From: the human T2T-CHM13v2.0 reference genome, Homo sapiens
Direction: 5' to 3' (one strand)
NCBI RefSeq assembly: GCF_009914755.1
Contig: NC_060943.1
Length of the DNA stretch: 64,000 nucleotides
Notes under the pieces: generated by a model
Told to the model about the DNA's origin: nothing
The model's database searches: none
What the model saw: only the letters and a program-made list of their open reading frames with translations
Position numbers and translations under genes: made by a program
Shown: piece by piece, positions 41,905-64,000 of the stretch
Layout of the letters: each line of letters starts with the position of its first letter
Position numbering within the stretch: the first letter of the stretch is position 1

Positions 41905-42981
41905 TGATCTGCCCACCTCGGCCTCTCAAAGTGCTGGGATTACAGGTGTGAGCCACTGTGTCTGGCCTGTATACTTTATATATTTGGATATACCTCACCA
42001 TACACATACCAAATATATATATCTCAAAACAAACCACGAGCTTCGGAGAAGTCAGGACTGGGTTGGAATCTTGGTTGCCATTTTGTCAGCTGTGGTGACC
42101 TTGGATAAGGCACGTAACCTCTTGGAACTTCAATTTGCTTCTCTGTAAATCAGAGATAAAACCTCCCTTGAATAGACCTATACATACAGTTATTACTATA
42201 GTACCTGGAGCACAGTGCAGTGAACTGCACCTTCATAAATGTGACTTGTTATTAAGGTATATAAGTTAGACATTTATTTGGCTGCAAAGCGATAGAAAAC
42301 CTGACTACCAGTAGCTAAAACAAAGGGAGGTTATTTTAATCATCTAATAAGTCTGGACGTAGGCAGCTGCAAGGATTAACTTCTGTGACTTTTTGTTGTC
42401 TCTTTCCTCATGATTGCAATCTGGCTGCCACAGCTCCAAACATTTCGTTCTCATACCACTGCCCATCACACAAAGAAGTGGGCAGGTGGAAAGGGGCTTT
42501 CATTTTTTTTTTTTTTTTTTTTTTGAGACAGTCTCGCTCTGTCACCCGGGCTGGAGTGCAATGGCACAATCTTGGCTCACTGCAACCTCCGCCTCCCAGG
42601 TTCAAGCAATTCTCCTGCCACAGCCTCCTGAGTAGCTGGGATTACAGGCATGCACCACCAGGCCCAGCTAATTTTTGTATTTTTAATGGAGACAGGGTTT
42701 TGCCATGTTGGCCAGGCTGGTCTCAAACTCCTGACCTCAAGTGGTCCGCCCGCCTCGGCCTCCCAAAGGGGGCTTTCCTTTTATTAGAGGGAAATCTGCC
42801 CCAGAAGTCCTCACCAAGCACAATTCTCCTCATATCTCATTGCCTGGAATTGATCACATGGTTGCCTATAGGAAAAACTTGGGAAGCAACATCTGGGGAA
42901 TGGGAATGAGATGGCTGTGATTGGCTTTGACTAAAGGTTTTCATCCCTGACTGCACATCAGAAGCACCTGAGAAGGATTAA

Positions 42982-43650
<669 letters not shown>

Positions 43651-44072
43651 TAATTCATCTCCCCCATTCCAGTGTCAGCTCCACAAGGACAAGGGTCTTT
43701 GTTCATTGCACCTAGAGTAGGACTCAGTGCCTCACAGGAGGCACTCAGCCAGTATATGTTGAACAAATGAAGGTAGTTTACATTATTGTCTCATTTAATC
43801 CTCCCAACACCCCTTCAAGGTTACGATACCATCCTGTACCCATTTCACAAAAGAGCAAGCTGAGGCTCAGAGATATGAAGTCACTTGGTCAAGACCGCAC
43901 AGCCAGGAGGCAGCAGGTTCAAGTTCTGGCTCAGACTTAGGGCTTTCTGACCTTAGAGCACAAACTTCCAATCATCACACATGTCTCTTTCAAAACAAGA
44001 TACCTCTGCTATGCTCTTATCCCTTTTTAGGTCTCGAGAGCCCCCTAACCTTCCCTTCTCTCCCTTGAGTAG

Positions 44073-44261
44073 CTCATCACCCTGCGGGGCTCCATCCTGG
44101 AAGATGCTACGCCCACAGCCACCAAGCATGGGACCGGGCGGGGCCTGCCCTTGAAGGATGCCCTGGAGTATGTCATCCCCGAGCTCAACATCCACTGCCT
44201 GCGGCTGGCCCTCAACACCCCCAAGGTGACGGAGCAACTGCTGAAGCTCGATGAGCAAGGG
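44073..44261 (+). CDS. SIPA1L3: SIPA1L3 coding exon 3 (189 nt)
   Basis: Branch-point-like ccctaac at 44043-44049, pyrimidine tract, acceptor ttgagtag|CTC; [63 protein letters not shown]; donor GGG|gtgagt; phase 0-0. Confidence 0.96.
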
Positions 44262-45162
44262 GTGAGTCAGGGGCTGGAGGTGGGGGTGCTGCTGGGGCAG
44301 TACCTTGCAACCCCACTCCTGGTAGCTTTTTCTATCTTGGTCACTTTCTTTTTTCTTTGCAAGTAACAGAAACCTACTTAAGCTGGTTTCAGCAAAAGGA
44401 GGGATTCAAATCAAATTCTAGTGGTGCCAAGAGCAAGAATGTAACTGGGTCTCCTAAAGGAGGGAGATTGTCTGGGGGTGAGATAGCTGCTAGGTCCCCA
44501 TGTGTGCATGCATATGTGTGTCTATAGTGGGGGGTTAGTGTGTCTTTCCTCCCCGCTCCACATGCTGGCTCCCTCTGCTTCTCTTGCCTCTCCCACAGCT
44601 CCCAGTCTGTTAGAATTACAGCCACATGCAGACCCCAGCAGGCTGACCCTGGTCACAGGAGAGCCATCGATTGGGCTATGGCGTAGGTCAGGTGGCTGTC
44701 CATGGCCCAGTCACCAGTGACCAGGGGGATCCGGGATACCTAAAGCAAACATAGTTATTGGGAGCCCACTCCCTAAAAAAGGTATTGACTATAAGCCTTG
44801 AGCCCTCCAGATTTTGCTTTTGCAGAATCTCAGCCCATCCCAGTCCACCTACTGTGGGATGCCGGCCAAGGCAACAGTCTCTTTCATGCAAGTGTGGCAT
44901 CACCAGCCGTCCTCCACCCGCCATAGCGAGAAGAGGCGGCCTGGATACCTCGTTGTGCTTCTCTGGAGTGGAAGGGATGGGGAGGGACAACTGGGACATG
45001 CTGCCATGCCCCAACACTGTTTTCCCCTGTCTGGCTATGGCTCTGGGTTCCCGAGTGGTCCCAGCAGCTCCCAGGGCCTCAGGCCTCAGACATACCCCTT
45101 GCTCCCTTCCCTCTGCCATCTCTGCCTGGCCTGCCTCCACAAAGCCACTCTTGCCTCTGCAG

Positions 45163-45337
45163 CTCTGCCGGAAGCACAAGGTGGGCATCCTCTATTGCAA
45201 GGCCGGCCAGAGCTCCGAGGAGGAGATGTACAACAATGAGGAGGCCGGCCCCGCCTTTGAGGAGTTCCTCTCCCTCATCGGCGAGAAGGTCTGCCTGAAG
45301 GGCTTCACCAAGTACGCTGCCCAGCTGGACGTCAAGA
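45163..45337 (+). CDS. SIPA1L3: SIPA1L3 coding exon 4 (175 nt), RapGAP domain
   Basis: Acceptor ttgcctctgcag|CTC; [58 protein letters not shown] (RapGAP KVGILY and EEMYNN motifs); donor AAGA|gtaagt; phase 0 to 1. Confidence 0.97.
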
Positions 45338-45357
45338 GTAAGTAGGGGGCCGGTTAG

Positions 45358-49490
<4,133 letters not shown>

Positions 49491-50041
49491 GAACAGATCT
49501 GGAATCCAACAGCCTGAGTACTGGTCCAGACGCTACCACTCAGTACAGTGTGACCTTGGGAAGGCACTCCCTCTCCATGCCTCAGTTTCCCACTCTGAAA
49601 CATGGGCTCAGTAAGCAGGTTTGCCTCTTCCTAGCCATAACCCTCCCTCCTATTAGAGAGAACTCATATCCTGATGCTCAATGATAACCATTTCTTTGCT
49701 TTTCTTCATAGTTTTGCTACTTACCTACACATCCCTGACTGGTATAATCTGACCTGCTTTTGCATGTCACATGAATGGGATCACACTGTGTGTGCTGCTT
49801 TGTGTCAGCATCTTTCACTCAACATTTAGAGGATTTCCCCATGCTGCAGCCGCGACTCATTCCTTTTCCTGGCTGTATATTTTTCCACAGTGTGAATTGA
49901 CCAGTGTGTTCACCCATTCTTTTGACTGACGCTTGAAGATTCTTGTACCCATATCCCAGGACACGTGTGCATGATTTCTCTGGGCTGTGGTCCAAGGAAA
50001 GGAAGTGCCAGGTTATCAATTAAGCCTATCTTCAGGTATAA

Positions 50042-50548
<507 letters not shown>

Positions 50549-50647
50549 TGAAAGCACCAAGTTAAAAACCAGCACAGATGGTACGTGGGATATGGCAAAA
50601 ACCCAGAGGTTTTGGAAACATGGTCCTAACTGGCATTTCTGTTTCAG

Positions 50648-50751
50648 CCGACTCCACGGGAACCCACTCCCTCTACACGATGTACCAGGACTACGAGATC
50701 ATGTTCCATGTCTCCACCCTGCTCCCTTACACCCCCAACAACAGGCAGCAG
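50648..50751 (+). CDS. SIPA1L3: SIPA1L3 coding exon 5 (104 nt), RapGAP domain
   Basis: Branch-like tcctaac at 50624-50630, acceptor tttctgtttcag|CC; (T)[34 protein letters not shown] ([11 protein letters not shown] hallmark); donor CAG|gtcagt; phase 1 to 0. Confidence 0.97.
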
Positions 50752-51868
50752 GTCAGTGATTTTCAGCAGAGGCACGGCTGCCGGATGTTGGCTGCCCACC
50801 CACCAGCATTGGCCCTCCCAGTTCTGTCCTGTGGATCATATGGAGGCCCTTGACCTTGGAGGCCATCTTTACTATGGTCACTTTCCCTGGGGGTTAGAGA
50901 GCAGCCCAGGTGTGGTTCGAGATGTCACTTTGGCCCCAGTCTTTCCTGCTGCTTCTTGGGCGCCCTGCCCAGCCCCAGCTAGCCCGACGCCCCTCCAGGG
51001 CCTCTTGAGTCATCACTGGTCTTAAGAAGAAGAGTGAATCAGTCAACATTATTTTGACTGCAAGTAACAGAAACTCACACCAAACTGGCTTAACTAGAAA
51101 AAGAGATTTATGGGTTATATAACTCTAAGATTGTAGAGAGGGCTGGCCTCAGGTCTGGTTGGATCCAGGGACTCCAACAATATTAGGAATCCTTCCCCAT
51201 TTCTCACCTCCACTTTTCTTTACAGCAGCTTTATTCACAGGTGCAAAGCAAAGATACCTCCTAGCAGCCCTAGGCTCACATCCACCAGCTTAGCCACCTC
51301 AGCAGAAAGAGTGCTGTTTTTTCCAGTTGTCCCAGAAGTGTTTCAGAGCTGAGTCTCATTGGACTATTCACATGCCAGTCTTGGGGCCTGGGGTAGGGGT
51401 GGAAAGGGCAGACTGGCCAAGCCCGAGGCTCATGCCCAACCCTAGAGAGGGTGAGTGGTGCCAGCTCAACTTGAAACGGATGGAGGTTGGGGAGGTGCTT
51501 TCCTGAACTGGGTGGGTGTGGCTGCCAGCAGGAGGCAGGGATACCAGGTGGGCAGCGCCACCCAACACTCATTGCCAAGAGGCTGCAGCTGTGACCCGGC
51601 TCCTCTCTTGGACCCACCTTGCAGGCTGGGCCCACAGAGCAATTCTTCCAGTTCCTAATGAACAGAAGCCCCAGAGTGCTGACAGTTTAGGAAGTAAGTG
51701 TACGTATTTTCCCAGTTGGCACAAGTGACTTTGTAGGCCAAAAATGCTCAAATATTGATTTCCTAAGGTTCATCTAAAAACATGCTATTAAGAGCTTTGG
51801 TCTTAGGCCAGGCTTGGTGGCTCATGCCTGTGATCCCAGCACTTTGGGAGGCTGAGGCAGGCGGATCA

Positions 51869-52126
<258 letters not shown>

Positions 52127-52993
52127 TCAGAATTAGACCTGAATTTGAGTTCTTTCTTGGCTACTTCCTAGCTGTGTGATCTCAGGTAAGTGATCTCACC
52201 TCTCTGGGCCTTGAGTCCCTGCTGTGTAAAATGGGTATAATCGTAGTGCCCCTGAATCAGGGTCATTGAGAAAGGTCCATATACTCCTGCGGCAACCGGA
52301 GCGTGACAGGGCCCGACACACAGGAGGGGCGCAGAGAGCAGTGCCTTTTCCTGAGTATGTGGGAGGGGCGCTGGGGAAAAGCTTGAGTCGTAGAGTTAAG
52401 AAGTGGGTTAGAATCCAGGCTCTTTCCCTCCATCACTATGTGACTTAGGTAAAATTACTTAACCTCTGTGAGCCTAAGTTTTCTCATCTGTAAAATGGGG
52501 CAAAATGAGTTAACGCCTCTCGGGGTTGTTAAGAGATTCATTGAGATGATGAATTGAAGATAAGGCTGTGCAGTGTTTAGTACAGGACCAGCCACAGTCA
52601 ATAGCTGCTTTAGCGATTTGATTTAATGCCACTTAAAACTCACATAAAGAACTAACCATTCAACAGTAGGAGTTGAGCTGCAAAGCGTGTCTGGAGTTCA
52701 CACTGTGAGCCATGTCACTTAGAGCTCCGTGGGACTCCCGTCCATGGATCTCCTGCATTGGCAGATTCTTTAACAGCTACATGAATGCTAGAACTGTGTA
52801 AATAAGAACAATATAATAGGCTGGGCTTGGTGGCTCACACCTGTAATCCCAGCACTTTGGGAGGCTGAGGCGGAGAGATCACCTGAGGTCAGGAGTTCGA
52901 GGCCATCCTGACCAACATGGAGAAACCCTGTCTCTACTAAAAATACAAAATTAACTGGGCGTGGTGGCGCATGCCTGTAATCCCAGCTACTCA

Positions 52994-53092
<99 letters not shown>

Positions 53093-53223
53093 TCAGTCTC
53101 CAAAAAAAAAAGAAAAAAGAAAAAGAACAATATAATCTCAGCAAATAAGCCAAACACTGTGAATACGGCGTCACCTGTGAAGATAACAGAGTCTTCCTCG
53201 GAGACTGACCAGCAGGGGAGAGG

Positions 53224-53590
53224 TGTATTAGTCCATTTTCACACTGCTAATGAAGATTTACCCAAGACTGGGTAGTTTATAAAGAAAAAGAGGTTAAATG
53301 GACTCACAGCTCCACATGGCTGGGGAGGCCTCACAGTCATGGCAGAAGGCAAAGAAGAACCAAAATCACATCTTCCATGGTGGCAGGCAAGAGAGCTTGT
53401 GCAGGGGAACCACACTTTTATAAAACCATCAGATCTCGTGAAACTTATTTACTATCACGAGAACAGCATGGAAAAGACCCACCCCTATGATTCAGTTACC
53501 TCCCACCAGGTCCTTCCCACGACATGTGGGAATTATGGGAGCTGCAATTCAAGGTGAATTGTAGGGTGTGGACACAGCCAAACCATATCA
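53224..53590 (-). mobile_element. THE1-family (MaLR) solo LTR, about 367 bp, antisense to SIPA1L3
   Basis: Minus strand starts tgatatggtttggctgtgtcc and ends aaaatggactaataca, the THE1 termini; gagg on both flanks. Confidence 0.9.
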
Positions 53591-54337
53591 GAGGGTGAGA
53601 GTCCCATAGGGCACTCGGAAGCCACAGCCATCCTGACCTCAGTCAGGGTCCAGGGAAGGGGTGGCGCCTATAACTGGCCCTGCCAGTGACCTGGGATCTG
53701 ACTCTGCCATTGTCCATGGGTGTGGCTTTGAGCAAGTTGAAGACCACCAGCCTGTGCTCTCTGGATCTTACTTATTGAGTACCTCCTGTATGCCAGGCAC
53801 TGTGCTGGGTACTGAGGATACAGCAGTTGGCCGTGAACAAAATCCCTGTTCTCATGGAGCTGCCACTTCAATGGGAAGAGACAAGAAACAAAATGAAGTG
53901 GGGAAAGCCATCTCTGCTGAGTGTCAATAAGTGTTAAGTAATGGGGACAGAAAAGCAAAGATCAGGGAGTGTTGTGGTGGGGTGGATCTGAATAACGTAG
54001 TCAGCAAAGGCCTCCCTGGGAGGGTGAGGTTTATGCAAGACCAGAAGAGGTGACGAAGGAAGCCATGTGGGGACTCAGGAAGAATGTTCCTAGCAGAGGG
54101 AACAGCGGTGCAGAGGCTTCGAGGAAGTGTTTCTGGCCATGGTGAGGCCTTTGTCCTTTATCCTGAATGAGAGGGAACCACAGGAAGGTTTGTCACCTGA
54201 CTCGGGCATTCCTTGGGCTGTGTGTGAGCAGGGAGTGGGAATGGGGGTGGGTGGGGGGAGCTGTGGCAGTGGTCCAGGCAGGACCCGTCAGGCCGACCTG
54301 TGACAGGTTCCTGTCCCCCTCTGTTGCCCTTTCCCAG

Positions 54338-54495
54338 CTGCTACGGAAGAGGCACATAGGAAATGACATCGTGACGATCATCTTCCAGGAGCCTGGCGCG
54401 CTACCGTTCACCCCCAAGAACATCCGCTCCCACTTCCAGCACGTCTTCATCATTGTCCGAGTCCACAACCCCTGCACTGATAACGTCTGTTACAG
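54338..54495 (+). CDS. SIPA1L3: SIPA1L3 coding exon 6 (158 nt), RapGAP catalytic helix with the Asn thumb (codon 720, 54362-54364)
   Basis: Acceptor gccctttcccag|CTG; [59 protein letters not shown] is the Rap1GAP-family catalytic motif. Donor AG|gtatgc; phase 0 to 2. Confidence 0.97.
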
Positions 54496-55971
54496 GTATG
54501 CCCCCCACACCCGGCCCCCAGCAGCGTATGGAGAGAGGGGCAGGCAGCTGGCCCAAGTGGGTCCCAGTACAGGGCCCCCCCACACCTCACGTTGTGCTTC
54601 AGGAGAAGAGCTCGGCGTATACTCCCCACACCATCTCAGAGAGTGGTTTTTAGCCAGAAAGGGGCATGGCTCCCCACTTTTGCTAAGGAAACCATCAGGG
54701 ATTTGTATTTGCTTGTAATCTTTTGTTTCAAGTGACAGAAAACCCATGTCAATGTGGCTTAAGACAAAAAGACAGTTGTGTATATAGGCTCTCAAAAGTG
54801 GCACCTTTAGGCCTGGCTGGATCTGCCACCGCCCTCCTGGGGGTCACCTTTCCAGCAGGTCTGAGGTGAACATCCTACCAGCTGCAAATCCCCCAAAATG
54901 AGAGCTTTTCTTTCCCAAGAGTTGCATCAGAAGCCCCAGAATTGGGGCTCACTGGCCCAGTTGGAGTCGTGTGCCTGTCCTAGAGCCAAAATCACCAGCC
55001 AGGCCTGGGCACTGGGCTTCAAGGACCAAGAGGCACGAGTGATGGCCCAGAGGAAAGTCGGAGGGAAGCAGGGCCTACCTGTGGAGGTAGGCCCCACTTT
55101 GGAGGTAGAATTGAGGAGGTTTTTGTTGTTTTGGGTTTTTTTTTTTTTTTTAAGACAGGGTCTCACTCTGTCACCCAGGCTGGAATGCAGTGGTGCAATC
55201 ATAGCTCACTGCAGCCTTGACCCCCCCGGGCTCAAACGATCCTCCTGCCTCAGCCTCCTGAGTAGCTGGAACTACAGGTGCACACCCCCATGCCTGGCTA
55301 ATTAAAAAAAATTTTTTTTTTAGTAGAGATGGGGTCTCTCTGTTTTACCCAGGCTGGTCTTGAACTCTTGGCCTCAAGTGATCTTCCAGCCTCAGCCTCC
55401 CAAAGTGCTGGGATTGTAAGTGTGAGCCACCGCACACAGCTGAGATCTTTTCGTACCTGTACATGAAGTGCTTTTTGTTCTTTCTGATACTTCATATTCC
55501 ATTGTATGGATGTGGAGTCATCTCCTGTCCTCTACTGATGGGTATTACGGTTGTGATGCCTGCAATGAACAGTCTTATTTATAGTCTGATTGCGCCTGAG
55601 TCCAAGCATACAGCTGTAAAAGAAATTCTAGAAATGGAGGTGCTGGAGCAGAGGACGTGTGTATGTGCACCAGTAGTCACCGCGAAATTACCGCGGGTCT
55701 ACCAGCTGCCTCCCTCGGCTGGGTGAGGGAAGGGAGGGGCATCCCAGCCTGCAGCGCTGGTTGTCTAGCACCTCTGTGCTGCACATGTTGCCCGCTGGCT
55801 ACTGGGAGCCAGCACACTGCATGGCAGGGCCTCCTTACAGGCATGTCCCTGGACCTGAGGCCACCTCTCCCCCTGCCCATCGGTTCCTGGAACATGCAGC
55901 AGCAGCTACAGAGTGCCTGCACCTCAGGCCCTTTTTGGGGTTGAGGACCCTTGGATGAGATGGGAGATATT

Positions 55972-56435
55972 TACACACATGCACACGCACACGTGCACAG
56001 GCACATGCACACACACACATGCATGCACGCATCCGTGCACACATGCACATGCACACACATACATGCACACACGTACATGCACACAGGCACACACCTGCAC
56101 ACAGGCACACGCATGCACACAAACGTATGCACACACCATGCGTCCACACATGCACACACACGTATGCACACACCATGCGTCCACACATGCACATGCACAC
56201 ACATACATGCACACACGTACATGCACACACATACAGGTACACACCTGCACACAGGCACATGCATCCACACACATGCACATGCACACACATACATGCACTC
56301 ACACAGGCACGCATAAACACATGCACATAACACATGCACACACCTGCACTCACACAGGCACACACAAGCACATGCACATATGCACACACATATGCACACA
56401 TACATGCACACGCACACATACACACATGCACACAC
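55972..56435 (+). repeat. About 460-bp CA/CATG-rich purine-pyrimidine minisatellite
   Basis: cacacatgcacatgcacacacatacatg... with internally duplicated blocks. Confidence 0.95.
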
Positions 56436-57030
56436 TGGAAAAGGAGGCAGCCTTCTTATGATGCATCAGAGGTGGAGGGTTGAGCTGGTGGGGGGAGCTG
56501 CTTTCTCTTCTTCGTCCCCACTCTGACCTCCCCTCTCCTACTGGGGTCATCACATCAGCCTGCAGCTGACCTCCCTCCCTTCCGGGCTCGCCTCTGCATG
56601 GTCTCCAGAGTGATTTCTTCTCTCTCACACACAAACCTTTCTTGTTTTTTATAATTTAATTTAAAATATTTTTATTATGCAATATTTTAACCATTCTGAA
56701 AAATGCAGAAAATCATTTAACAGACACCCATGTGCCCACCGCCAGCTTTAACAGATGTTAACATTTTGCTTTGTTTGCTTCGGCTCTCCCTCTTTCCTTC
56801 ATTTTTAAAGAAAGAAAATGTTAGAGATACAACCAAAGCTGCTCCTCAGCCATCCCCCTCCCTTCCCATCCCTCTTTCCCCACAGGCAGCTCCTCTCTGG
56901 ACAGACCTGACCCTGCCTCTACCCTGTGGAGGGAGCCCGGACACAGCTCTCCAGCTTACCATCTCCTGAAACCCCCAACTCCTGTCCCCCAACTCAGTGA
57001 ATTTCTAATTGTCCTTCAAGACTGAACTCA

Positions 57031-63330
<6,300 letters not shown>

Positions 63331-63417
63331 CTATTCCTATTTTTTGATCGAATATTTTCTCTCTGAAGTGTCTTAGTGCCTTTCTTCCCACCATCTAAAT
63401 AATCTCTCCCTCCACAG

Positions 63418-63994
63418 TATGGCTGTGACCCGATCCAAAGACGCTCCTCCTTTCGGCCCCCCCATCCCCAGTGGAACCACATTCCGCAAATCCGACGTCT
63501 TCAGAGACTTCTTGCTGGCCAAGGTGATTAACGCTGAGAACGCCGCGCACAAGTCCGACAAGTTCCACACCATGGCCACCAGGACCCGCCAGGAGTATCT
63601 CAAGGACCTGGCCGAAAACTGTGTCTCCAACACCCCCATCGACTCCACCGGCAAATTCAACCTCATCTCCCTGACCTCCAAGAAGAAGGAAAAGACAAAA
63701 GCACGGGCTGGCGCTGAGCAGCACAGTGCAGGGGCCATCGCCTGGAGGGTGGTGGCCCAGGACTACGCCCAGGGGGTGGAAATCGACTGCATTTTGGGAA
63801 TTTCCAATGAGTTTGTGGTGCTCCTGGACTTACGCACCAAGGAGGTGGTGTTCAACTGCTACTGCGGGGATGTCATTGGCTGGACTCCAGACTCCTCCAC
63901 ACTCAAAATCTTCTATGGACGAGGAGACCACATCTTCCTACAGGCGACAGAGGGTTCTGTGGAGGACATAAGGGAAATAGTGCAGAGACTGAAG
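63418..63994 (+). CDS. SIPA1L3: SIPA1L3 coding exon 7 (577 nt), end of the RapGAP domain and following region, to codon 956
   Basis: Acceptor ctctccctccacag|T; (S)[64 protein letters not shown]...[11 protein letters not shown]; donor AAG|gtaagg. Not in the ORF track because no stop occurs before the window ends. Confidence 0.96.
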
Positions 63995-64000
63995 GTAAGG

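Noticed and set aside
55835-56461. His/Thr- and Cys/Val-rich ORFs in all six frames (also 22417-22819 and 1228-1561)
   Set aside because: Products of CA/TG/TA repeats, which lack stop codons.

Overview
Primate, most likely human, genomic DNA lying entirely inside SIPA1L3 (signal-induced proliferation-associated 1-like 3 / SPAR3, a Rap GTPase-activating protein) on the + strand. Positions 1-25358 are the distal part of a long 5'-UTR intron. Seven GT-AG exons follow: 25359-27202 (start ATG at 25669), 32828-32958, 44073-44261, 45163-45337, 50648-50751, 54338-54495 and 63418-63994. They splice into one open frame of 2868 nt (956 codons) covering the N-terminal SIPA1L region and the RapGAP domain with its RKRHIGND catalytic motif; the gene continues past the window. 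The introns hold roughly 65-70 Alu copies or fragments (eye count), MIR/L2/L1 relics, a Tigger2 remnant, two solo LTRs and several microsatellites/VNTRs. Nearly all short ORFs in the track are Alu- or STR-derived noise. The most interesting layer is around the first coding exon: stacked uORFs, an in-frame CUG, an alternative-frame polyproline ORF, and a predicted single-exon circle encoding 591 aa with a DHSY (HCF-1-binding-type) motif. A GAG/TAG tandem acceptor could also insert a stop codon. These are sequence-based predictions, not demonstrated systems. Repeat subfamily names come from recalled consensus sequences, not from a RepeatMasker run.
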